From Sulfolobales archaeon HS-7 (lineage in GTDB: Archaea; Thermoproteota; Thermoprotei_A; Sulfolobales; Sulfolobaceae), in the NCBI GenBank assembly GCA_019704295.1, contig AP024596.1, forward strand, positions 1,920,001 to 1,984,000: a stretch of DNA of 64,000 nucleotides. Reading direction: 5' to 3'. Positions 25,640-34,238 of this stretch are shown here, one piece after another. How positions within the stretch are numbered: position 1 is the first letter of the stretch; every line of letters begins with the position of its first letter. The position numbers were made by a program, and so were the translations under genes. The notes under the pieces were generated by a model that was given only the letters and a program-made list of their open reading frames with translations, searched no databases and was not told where the DNA came from.

Positions 25640-25865
25640 GAACTGTCCTTACTGACAGGGCTTTCCTCTTCTCCACCTTGCCATAAGAGTTCCATAGACA
25701 CCAAGAGTACACCAGCATGAGCTTCATATGGTATTCCATGCAGAGTCGTTGATTGGAGAGGAGGCGTACAGCACCGACCCTAACTTAGGCGTCTCGATGA
25801 CTCCGTCAGTGACTACTACCGATATAACGTCTGCGAACTGTTTTAGACGATGGACTACTCCATTA
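25640..25865 (+). pseudogene. Decayed membrane-anchor gene fragment (copy 2)
   Basis: VFHAESLIGEEAYSTDPNLGVSMT aligns with VPHGTIIGVEMYRINPSLGVLVT of copy 1; shared DNA ttggag...cttaggcgtct. Confidence 0.55.
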
Positions 25866-26110
25866 GACGTTCTGGGTAAAGTTGTTATCTCTTTTATTTT
25901 GGTTTTGAACACTCGGATACTATCTCCTTCCACAGGGAAAACGCGTAGCGCTAGGAATGAGGATAGCAATTCCCTGCAAGGGTTTAGTCGTGAAGAGGTC
26001 CAAGTTGCCCAGGCCTAAGAACGTCAAGGACTACGACGTAGATGTAGATAGGGTTCTGGACTCACTGTTCCCATAGCTGTGTTAGAGACGAAGTACGTAG
26101 CGCCTCACGG

Positions 26111-26896
26111 TCAATAATGTATTGTAACGATAGTTATTGCCTGGATAACGGAAAATAGATTCGCTATCTGTTCCGAGTAAACGCTTTTAGATAGTAGAGA
26201 ATCGCTGATCGTTGCATGTTCTGGTTTGTTTGACATGATAATTCCGTCCTCAGCGAGGTAACCCGCTAAATCTGACGGTATTTTATAATCTGGCAAATTA
26301 TCTATATAAATTACACGTGATCCTCTAGCTACGTGATATGCATCGTCAAGAAACTCGATCCAGTTTTGAGTATTATCAAATTTCCCTTCAACATATTCCT
26401 TGAACTCCTCAGTCAGTTTATTGTGGGAAAACGCTTTAATATTAAATCCTAAGAGGGCCCCAAAACTGCTTAAACTATCAATAATTTCGTTTTCCCCTAT
26501 TATTGAGATATCCGGTACTGTCCCAAACCTTTCTATCACTACAATTATATCCGCCACGGACCTTGCTAGCCTACAATCCGCTAATTTGATAACCTTTTTA
26601 TCGTTAATTAGCTTCGTGTCCTTATCCAGTGAGATAATCAAGTCTATAGAAGGTAATACAGGCAAGTAGTTTATATCCTCATTCAATGTGCTGTACTTTA
26701 CTCCAAGTTCATCTAAAGAGATCTCAGCGATAGCTTTCAGTAATGACTCTTCTTTTGATTTAAGTATACCCCTTTTTCCTTGTAACTTAGGGAGCTTCGC
26801 CCCAGCTTGTCTTAGATTTTTCAGTGTTCTCGCTGCATTTATTATTTCCTTGATTTCCCATTTAGAAAGACCTAGGGAACAAATGTTTTCAACCAT
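26111..26896 (-). CDS. Degenerate ornithine/aspartate carbamoyltransferase-fold protein
   Basis: OTCase-like outline (LSKWEIKEIINAA..LK, LQGK, SVYSEQIANL) but no STRT, HPxQ or HCLP motifs. Confidence 0.7.
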   Translation of the reverse strand: MVENICSLGLSKWEIKEIINAARTLKNLRQAGAKLPKLQGKRGILKSKEESLLKAIAEISLDELGVKYSTLNEDINYLPVLPSIDLIISLDKDTKLINDKKVIKLADCRLARSVADIIVVIERFGTVPDISIIGENEIIDSLSSFGALLGFNIKAFSHNKLTEEFKEYVEGKFDNTQNWIEFLDDAYHVARGSRVIYIDNLPDYKIPSDLAGYLAEDGIIMSNKPEHATISDSLLSKSVYSEQIANLFSVIQAITIVTIHY

Positions 26897-26931
26897 AAAA
26901 GATAAGGACTTTTCTCAACATATTATTATTA

Positions 26932-27538
26932 ATGAATCAGCTAGAGGTCATTGAGACTTTGATAAAAGAGAGGCAGGGGAACAGGCCTCGGTATGAGAAG
27001 GGTCATGTAATTTTGGCACTTAACGTAATAAGAACTAAGCAACCTATAGGAAGAATAACGATAATGAAAGAAGTTGGGTTATCAGAGGCTTCTGTGAAGA
27101 CCCTGATTAAAAGGATGAAAGAAGTTGGGTTAGTTACCGTAGATAAGGTAGGTGGGGTTTAGTCTAACTAACCTTGGTATTGAGTTCCTTAGAGAATGGA
27201 GTGGCCGGTATGAAATAATTAACGGAGAAATAGGTAGTCTAGGATGGGAAGTCACTGGGCTAAGGATAATAGAAGGGGAGTATATCTTGCAAAAGTTTAC
27301 TCCTGTCGAGCTGAGAGATATGGCGGTAAAATGTGGTGCTGATGCAGCGCTAATCATAGTATACAGAAAAGGGGTAATAGAAATGCCTCCCATGACTGTT
27401 AAGGAGGTGGAACCTATCATAGCCGAAATAAGAAATATATGTACATCATGTAAGGAAAATGACGTATTGATTTTATCAAGTCCGCAGAACCCGCTAATAT
27501 CTTATGAAATATCTATAAAACTTATGAATTTATCTTAA
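26932..27538 (+). pseudogene. wHTH + DUF4443-like regulator split by a +1 frameshift (or a sequencing error)
   Basis: ORFs 26932-27162 and 27152-27538 join as ..VDKVGG/FSLTNLG.. if one G is removed from G4 at 27154-27157. Confidence 0.7.
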
Positions 27539-27694
27539 TAATTATCTTATACTGATAATTTTTCTTTAAGAGAAATATGCACTTCTCGTAGCCGTCAGGT
27601 AGTACAAGGATACACTTAACTAATGATAATACTCTAACAGGTAGAACAAAACTTGTCTTACTTTCAATGCATATCTAAGGCACATTAATGGATC

Positions 27695-27905
27695 TACGGT
27701 GACGAACAGGGTCGTCCACCGCTAGCAATAGGGGGTTCGACAGGTACTTAACCTGTTTTACCTAACATTGAACTCGATGCTTACAGTATCTCGCGTTGGA
27801 CTAGTTGGAGTAGAGGCTTATCACAACCACATACTTAGGCGTGTCGGTGGCTGCGTCAGTGACTATGAATTAAGGAGTCAACAAACTGTTTTGGACGATG
27901 GGTTA
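27695..27905 (+). pseudogene. Decayed membrane-anchor gene fragment (copy 3)
   Basis: Shares acttaggcgt, cgtcagtgacta and aactgtttt.gacgatgg with copy 2, and ttacagt/ttggagtagag with copy 1. Confidence 0.55.
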
Positions 27906-28185
27906 CCCTTCTGTCCTCCGTTCCCGTTTTTGAAATTGAAGTTGTCAATAATCTGTACGCAAAAGGAACTCTGAAACTAAGGAAAGGACGTGCTGCTACG
28001 CCTGTCACCTGATAGAGTAATGTGTGTTACCGTCGGAGTGCTACACTACATCAAGAACAATCTCTTTGAATACGCCTTACGTGATCCCCAGAGGCTTTAC
28101 TGTTCTTAAAATATAGGTACAATAGTCTGGAAATAAAATATATAACGAAAGACCCTTATCTTTAACACGAGCAAGTAAAGAAGAC

Positions 28186-29229
28186 ATGATAGGAGTCATA
28201 ATAAACCCTTATGCAGGTACTGGTGGACGATTAGGTCTTAAAGGAAGTGACAGAATAAGAATTAAAAACCCAGAAACTCCTAAAAAAGTTAGAAGATTTC
28301 TAAGCGAACTACATAACGTGCCGATAATTACCGCGAAGGGAAACATGGGTCAGAACTTTCTCGAAGGCAGATACAGTGAGCTTATAGAAGTTGGAGGAGA
28401 AGAAACTTACCCCGACGACACTATTTTCGCGGTAAGGGAGCTAATTAACCGGGGGGTAAAAGCAGTTATTTTCGGTGGAGGAGATGGTACGGCGAGAATT
28501 ATTGCACCAATTACCCGTTCTAAAGTACCAATATTAGGGATACCTTTAGGAGTCAAAATGTATAGTGGCGTATTCGCCCAGACACCTGAAGATGCTGCCA
28601 GAATAGTAAATGGGTTCGTGAAAGGTAACGCCGAACTGGAATTAAGGAGAATAATGGATTTAGATGAATACGAGTACTTTAGGGGCATTTACCACTTGAG
28701 AGATTACGGAGAAGCTCTTACCATAACATATGAAAACCTTGTCCCATACGGAAAAGAAGAGGTATATGACGACGCTAACGCGTTAGCAGATTACATCCTG
28801 AGTATTATGAATGACGACGTATATTACATTATGGGTCCGGGAAACACTGTTAAACTCGTCGAGAGAAAGTTAGGAGTTACAAGTGATTTACTTGCGGTAG
28901 ATGTAATTCAAAACAGGAAACTAGTATTCAAGGACGCAGACTATCTAACCCTATCTGCTCTTACTGGAAAAATAAGACTAATCGTATCTCCAATTGGCGG
29001 TCAGGGCTTCATTTTAGGAAGAGGAAACCAACAAATAGGGCCAAACGTTCTTTCTAAGATCGCTAAGGACGATATAATTATTATAAGTTCCCTAAGCAAG
29101 GCTGTCAAATTACAATGCATTAGAGTTGATACAGGAGATTCGATTTTAGATAGGAAATTTTCGGGGATATATAGGATAATAGTCGGAGAAGGTGAGTACT
29201 TGGCTATATCAACGTGTAGTCATACTTAA
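28186..29229 (+). CDS. ATP-NAD/AcoX kinase family protein
   Basis: NPYAGTGG, GGDGTAR, GIPLGVKMYSGVFA, GGQGFILGRGNQQI. Confidence 0.88.
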   Translation: MIGVIINPYAGTGGRLGLKGSDRIRIKNPETPKKVRRFLSELHNVPIITAKGNMGQNFLEGRYSELIEVGGEETYPDDTIFAVRELINRGVKAVIFGGGDGTARIIAPITRSKVPILGIPLGVKMYSGVFAQTPEDAARIVNGFVKGNAELELRRIMDLDEYEYFRGIYHLRDYGEALTITYENLVPYGKEEVYDDANALADYILSIMNDDVYYIMGPGNTVKLVERKLGVTSDLLAVDVIQNRKLVFKDADYLTLSALTGKIRLIVSPIGGQGFILGRGNQQIGPNVLSKIAKDDIIIISSLSKAVKLQCIRVDTGDSILDRKFSGIYRIIVGEGEYLAISTCSHT

Positions 29230-29304
29230 GATAAGAATTAATAATGTATAACCAGTTTCTTCCTTCACTTACAGTTTTAACTTAGTCTGAGTTTATGATA
29301 ACTT

Positions 29305-30006
29305 ATGTCCCCCAATGATAAGCGTGAGGAATTTACGGAAGAGTTAAAGAGAGGGGGACCTAGGTCTAGGCTAATGGAAGCTGTCCTTCTACTTCTCCAA
29401 GGTCGACCAATGAAAACCTCTGAAATATCTAGGAATTTAGGATATGAAACAAAATATATTAGTAGTTACCTTAGCTATTGGAAAAGGAAAGGACTAGTGT
29501 ATTTAGAGGGGGGAAGGTGGCATCTATCTCCGCTAGGGGAGGATCTCGCCAAGGATATAGCCGACGCCATGACGAACTCCAGGGCTGACAAATACATAGC
29601 TATGGCAAAGCAAATTGTGGAAGAACATGTTAAAGAGTCAATAAACAACAAAGTAAATATTAAGAAAAACAATAGGAAACAAGAATCTTTGTCGTTCATT
29701 GACTCTTTAACAAGTAAAGAGGACAAAGAACGACAAAAGCAGAACTGTATGGATGAGATATTGGACAAATTAAATGAGGAAGAGAAATCTGTGGTGGAGT
29801 ACTTACTCTCAAAGTACATTGAGTGGGGATCTGCTTACGTGTATAGCGACCAGATACAAGAGGAAATGGGCGCGGATCACGTATGGTTATTTAAGGTTCT
29901 TAGAATGTTGCAGAGTAAAAGGTTAATTTATCTATATCACGACCCTAAGTTGGGATTAAGGGTAGGCTTTTCCACGTCAATAAAAAGGCTACTTGAGTCC
30001 TGCTAG
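29305..30006 (+). CDS. whiP: Winged-helix replication initiator WhiP
   Basis: Two wHTH domains; GGPRSRL..LGYETKYISSYLSYWKRKGLVY..GGRW signature; Sulfolobales synteny. Confidence 0.85.
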   Translation: MSPNDKREEFTEELKRGGPRSRLMEAVLLLLQGRPMKTSEISRNLGYETKYISSYLSYWKRKGLVYLEGGRWHLSPLGEDLAKDIADAMTNSRADKYIAMAKQIVEEHVKESINNKVNIKKNNRKQESLSFIDSLTSKEDKERQKQNCMDEILDKLNEEEKSVVEYLLSKYIEWGSAYVYSDQIQEEMGADHVWLFKVLRMLQSKRLIYLYHDPKLGLRVGFSTSIKRLLESC

Positions 30007-30309
30007 AAGACACGGTCCGCTTTCTAAAATTGCATGTAATTAACTTTTCGTCTTATTCAAAGGTCTTGGTAGACTGAAGCTACTTGATTATATTACTTAA
30101 ATTGTAATAGAGTCCTAAGAACTCAGGAAAGAGACTTTTACTTTCCGTATAGTACTCTACTTCTTCTATAAGGTGATAAAATCATTAAGACTTGAACACA
30201 TATAAGTTATACAAACCTAATCTAGTATCGTTATTGATATACAGACCTTAGTAGTAGTAGAAATCTATATAATAGTTCTCAGTATGTAATTAGGTTAGGG
30301 GTAATTGTT
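30007..30309 (+). other. Candidate replication origin (oriC3-like)
   Basis: AT-rich 300-bp spacer next to whiP with short inverted repeats (GGAAAG 30126-30131 / CTTTCC 30141-30146); location inferred from the established whiP-oriC3 linkage. Confidence 0.4.
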
Positions 30310-30630
30310 TTGAGCAACAAACCCGTAAAGATGACCGATGAGGAGCTAACAAAGGAGTTATCTAAGACAGAGAAGGAAGCAGAGAAAAAAGATAAAAAGA
30401 AACAGTGGGTTGAAAAAATGATAAAAAGCGCTAAGACTTATTATAAAATATGTCCCTACTACGATAAAAAAAATGGGAAATGCTTCCTATCTCTAGGCGA
30501 TAGGTGTACACGTGATGGAAAATTTGAGACGTGTCCGGTATTTCTCAACTTCCTTGAGAATAAGTATAATGAAATATCAGCTAGGAAAAAGATTTTGCCT
30601 ATGGATTTCACTGATTTAACAGTAGCTTAA
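30310..30630 (+). CDS. Conserved crenarchaeal Cys-motif hypothetical protein
   Basis: CPYY-x6-C-x6-C-x8-CP pattern. Confidence 0.75.
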   Translation: MSNKPVKMTDEELTKELSKTEKEAEKKDKKKQWVEKMIKSAKTYYKICPYYDKKNGKCFLSLGDRCTRDGKFETCPVFLNFLENKYNEISARKKILPMDFTDLTVA

Positions 30631-30758
30631 CGTAATTTATCGTTCAACTATTACTGAGAGCTCATTAGTATGTCGCACGTGGTTTGTCCCTCATAAGCGT
30701 ATAGGAAAGCCCGAATAGATAAGAGATATTTAGATTGCTAATGTGAGTATTTATGGGA

Positions 30759-30837
<79 letters not shown>

Positions 30838-30939
30838 CTTCTATTAAAATGAAGGGGAGTTACGTTCTCCTCATAGAGGCATGAATAAAACATAAAGCCT
30901 TATTTTTGGAAAGCTGTTACTTAATCATGAAAGAGGGTA

Positions 30940-31096
30940 CTGCTGCACTAATTTACGTAACAAAGTTTGGCGGGAACAAGGGAGGAGAATCCTGGAGGAG
31001 AAACTTGGACTGACGCAGGCAATAAAGCAATTGGGAGTAGGTAGGACTACTTTATACAGGACATGTGAACGTCTCGAAAGCCCTGTTCGGACTTAA
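30940..31096 (+). pseudogene. N-terminal HTH remnant of a Sulfolobales tRNA-targeting tyrosine integrase
   Basis: Frameshifted translation LIYVTKFG/EQGRRILEEKLGLTQAIKQLGVGRTTLYR resembles the recalled N-terminus of these integrases; lies about 100 bp after the tRNA. Confidence 0.65.
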
Positions 31097-31219
31097 TTAC
31101 CCTGGAACTACTCTTTCACTCCTCTTTTGCCGTACTCCTTAATGGTAGCTATTATTAGCAGTTGAATTTCCCTCGGTTGACCGGGGAGTTAATAATAATA
31201 TCCATTTATATTGGTCGAT

Positions 31220-31382
31220 TTATCGTTCTTTTGCGAACTGTAATTAATTTATGGGAAAGATAGATGAAATACAGTAAATTGCTGAGCGTAATTCCCCGCC
31301 CAGTGATTGTAGTAATATTGAATTTAAATTCGTTATAGTTATTAAAATAAACTGAATTCGTAATGGAGACGTGAATTACACC
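31220..31382 (+). repeat. MITE-like ~160-bp element, copy A
   Basis: Aligns with 51345-51510 (direct) and 34239-34400 (core inverted); degenerate terminal inverted repeats. Confidence 0.75.
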
Positions 31383-31656
31383 TATACGTGTAAAAACTAG
31401 GTTACGCACCTTCTTCTGAGATAAAAATCGATCCTTTCCCTACTTTAATGGAAATTTGACTAATTTCTACTCTTGTGAACGAGATTTTCTCGTGTTTTCG
31501 AAATTGTCTCATTTTTAGTAGAATTGGCGAAACACGACTGCTAAATCGGCTTTCTCAATAAAACTCGTTTTTACTTCTCTAAGTAGTAAATACTGACAGA
31601 GGGCATAGAAGTACATTAATAGTTTCAAGAAAAGCGATATCTTTAGTTTTTCCCTT

Positions 31657-32889
31657 CTACAAAATAGCCTTATCTTTTCTAGCTAATTTCACTATGATAT
31701 CTTTAACTGCTTGGTAACCCAATATCGATTTTATGTCTTTAGTTCGTTTAATCTCAGTATATTTTTTCTCGGCATAAACTACTTCTACTACTTTAAAGAG
31801 CTTATACACGGCATTTACAGCCTTATTATAAATATCTAGTTTTTTCTTAAATTGTTCTTCTGATTCGCTAGGTTCTTTCTTAGGACGAACCATTATTTTC
31901 TGTAATACAGGGAGTACCGTTTTTTCAATTAACGGATCATTAACTCCAGTTTCTTTAAGTAACTTCTTAAGATAGTCAGGCTTACGAAGAGCCTCTGCAA
32001 GGGATATCTCCTTTAGTGAATAGATATCCAGGACTTTTATTAAAGTAGGATCAATCTCATTTGGTACAGGTTTCATTCGAAACGTTGATTTTGGTATTGA
32101 AATATCTATATTAAAGAAAGGAGCAATAAATACTGTAGGAATTTCTATCATTTGTTTATATGTATAATTAAATTTTAGTGTACGGTCAGTATCAAGACTT
32201 ATTATAAGAACGTCTTTATTTGATAAATTATTCAGCATAAAAGTATAATTTTTTCTAATTATTTTATTTTTGGAATCAAATTTATGGAACTTAAAAGCTA
32301 GATTATATACTCCTTCGTCCAATAGTCTTGTGACAAACTCACTAAACCTATTGTCATCTAAATCAAGAACTGGAATAGCATTTAACCTTTCGTCTATGGC
32401 CGAGATCTCTTTATATATTTTCAAATAATCATCTGGGTTTAACCTTAAATATGGAACAAAGATATCTGAAAAACCACAGTCTTTTAATACATTTACGCCT
32501 TCTAACAAAAGATCTTTCTTATTTACCTCAGATAGATTATCTACATCTTTCTTTGGAACATATAAGTAAGCAGCGTTGACTTTAGTATTTTCTGTCTGAC
32601 TATCTAGAAACTCTTGAGAAATACGCTGAAGTCCGCTAGCTGGCGCTCCTTTTCTAAGGATATCATGTATACGTATTAAATCAAGTAAAGGACTATTCAA
32701 TACTCTAAATACGTCAGGAATATAGATTCTTGATGGTATATCGGCTTTCGCATTTAGATACGTACTAGTTATTGCTGCTTCTGGAGTAACGAAATTACCT
32801 TTATCAGTATTTACTTCTAAAATTCTCACTTCTATGTTAGAATATTCAGATGAGTTCACAAAATCTCTTAATTTTATTGACTTAATCAT
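31657..32889 (-). CDS. TGT (tRNA-guanine transglycosylase)-fold-like protein lacking canonical catalytic motifs
   Basis: N-terminal RILEVNTDKGNFVTP; barrel segments GFSDIFVP, AIPVLD, FFNIDIS; C-terminal helix like the TGT HNL..EI helix; no DSGG, no FD nucleophile, no CxCxxC. Confidence 0.6.
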   Translation of the reverse strand: MIKSIKLRDFVNSSEYSNIEVRILEVNTDKGNFVTPEAAITSTYLNAKADIPSRIYIPDVFRVLNSPLLDLIRIHDILRKGAPASGLQRISQEFLDSQTENTKVNAAYLYVPKKDVDNLSEVNKKDLLLEGVNVLKDCGFSDIFVPYLRLNPDDYLKIYKEISAIDERLNAIPVLDLDDNRFSEFVTRLLDEGVYNLAFKFHKFDSKNKIIRKNYTFMLNNLSNKDVLIISLDTDRTLKFNYTYKQMIEIPTVFIAPFFNIDISIPKSTFRMKPVPNEIDPTLIKVLDIYSLKEISLAEALRKPDYLKKLLKETGVNDPLIEKTVLPVLQKIMVRPKKEPSESEEQFKKKLDIYNKAVNAVYKLFKVVEVVYAEKKYTEIKRTKDIKSILGYQAVKDIIVKLARKDKAIL

Positions 32890-32903
32890 AGTAGTTTCAC
32901 CAA

Positions 32904-33434
32904 CTAAAGCTCGTTAATTTTGTCCCATATAGTCTCTATTTTCGCTTCAGATTTGGTTGTGTAAGGCTTCCATTCTTCGTATGTATATTTAATATAACCA
33001 CGTTTAAGCCTAGATTGTTCTAGGCCCATCCTAATCTCCTTAAGTCTATTTACATCTTCCTTTTTCAATAACTTCAGTAACTCTTTTGCCTTCCTCTTCC
33101 CTTTTTCAGTCAATTTGTAAATTTGCCTTTCCCTTAATGTACCTTCAATATCAATTTTGTTTGCGTACCACAATAACTCCAAGTTATACAATACAAAATC
33201 ACTGTAAGGCCCATACTTATAGCCGTAAAATTCCGGGTCCTCTATCTGGTAACCTAACAACTTAAGCTCATTCCACATGTTAAAAACTAACTTAGTGAGG
33301 AAAGTCCTTCCCTTTATGGGTATATCTGGTTCTAGACCAAGGATTATTAGTAATAACTCGTCTAGAGTAAAATCGTCGAGATCATCCCTACACTCATGTT
33401 CGTCTTTTATGTATACGGTATCATCCCTAATCAA
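32904..33434 (-). CDS. Panacea/SocA (DUF4065)/YwgA-like winged-helix protein, putative antitoxin
   Basis: IKGRTFLTKLVF ... FYGYKYGPYS ... YKLTEKG signature. Confidence 0.8.
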   Translation of the reverse strand: MIRDDTVYIKDEHECRDDLDDFTLDELLLIILGLEPDIPIKGRTFLTKLVFNMWNELKLLGYQIEDPEFYGYKYGPYSDFVLYNLELLWYANKIDIEGTLRERQIYKLTEKGKRKAKELLKLLKKEDVNRLKEIRMGLEQSRLKRGYIKYTYEEWKPYTTKSEAKIETIWDKINEL

Positions 33435-33969
33435 TTAGTATTACCCCCTTAACTTCCTTTTCAAAAGTATTGTTATCTAAAATTGTATCAATTAGCACTC
33501 TGTGTTTTTGCCCTTGATTATCATGATAATCTAGGAATATGTGAATATGCGTTACTTTCCTACCAATATTTTTGAGCCAAGCTAACGGAGAAGCAACAGG
33601 TATAACCTCAGCTACTAGATGTTCAATATATGCATTTTGATCTAAATCTCTTCCACATAAACCATATTCTGTTAGCTTCCTTAAAATCTTTTTAGACTCT
33701 TTCGAACCTTTACTATATAACCTATTATATTGGATTCTCTTACCATCTTCCGCAACTTTCAAGAGTATGAATTTCTTGCCACATTTAAGACATTTGAAAA
33801 CGCTAGGCTTATTTCCTGTTTTTCTCTTTTCCTTAGTACTGTACTGTCCACCTACACTTCCAAGCTTCAGGATATTCAGATCCGCATGAAACTCTTTCTT
33901 TACTTCCTTAGATAACGTCTCATTAGCATCTATCTCGTTACCACAATATGGACATACTATCTTACTCAT
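33427..33969 (-). CDS. Zn-ribbon protein with an inserted amphipathic beta-hairpin; function unknown
   Basis: CPYC...CLKC; GAGGT ribosome-binding site upstream; 8-nt overlap with the next gene. Confidence 0.75.
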   Translation of the reverse strand: MSKIVCPYCGNEIDANETLSKEVKKEFHADLNILKLGSVGGQYSTKEKRKTGNKPSVFKCLKCGKKFILLKVAEDGKRIQYNRLYSKGSKESKKILRKLTEYGLCGRDLDQNAYIEHLVAEVIPVASPLAWLKNIGRKVTHIHIFLDYHDNQGQKHRVLIDTILDNNTFEKEVKGVILID

Positions 33970-34090
33970 TGAAGGTACCTCTTTTCGCCATGGGAGCCAA
34001 AGCCCTAAAATACACGCCGGCTAAAATAATAATGTAAGTATGATGGAATTTTGGATATCCCTTCAATGGAGTGGGCATAACATATTCCAT
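33962..34090 (-). CDS. Possible 42-aa leader ORF of the island operon
   Basis: MEYVMPTPLKGYPKFHHTYIIILAGVYFRALAPMAKRGTFNE; its stop overlaps the next start (ATGAGTAA); TATA-like TTTTAAGG at 34108-34115. Confidence 0.3.
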   Translation of the reverse strand: MEYVMPTPLKGYPKFHHTYIIILAGVYFRALAPMAKRGTFNE

Positions 34091-34238
34091 AAACTGTTAT
34101 CGTTACTCCTTAAAACTTTTGTTTATTATTTTACAGATATATAGTAAAATTTTTACATTAAGTTTGATAAATATTTACCTGAAGTCTACCGGAGGCTTAG
34201 CTTTCACTCATTATTTTGCTTTCAAAACTCTTAGTAGT

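Noticed and set aside
31206-31409. ORFs 31206-31409 and 51185-51436 share LL.FIYLSHKL
   Set aside because: The similarity comes from the non-coding MITE-like repeat; indels between copies do not preserve frame
31461-31480. TAATTTCTACTCTTGT resembles the 5' part of a Cas12a crRNA repeat
   Set aside because: Single copy, the stem-closing AGAT is absent, and there are no spacers or cas genes; best explained as chance in AT-rich DNA
31657-32889. Calling the 410-aa gene tgtA or dpdA
   Set aside because: Catalytic aspartates and Zn ligands are absent and no dpdB-K genes are adjacent; folE at 1688 is 30 kb away in core context
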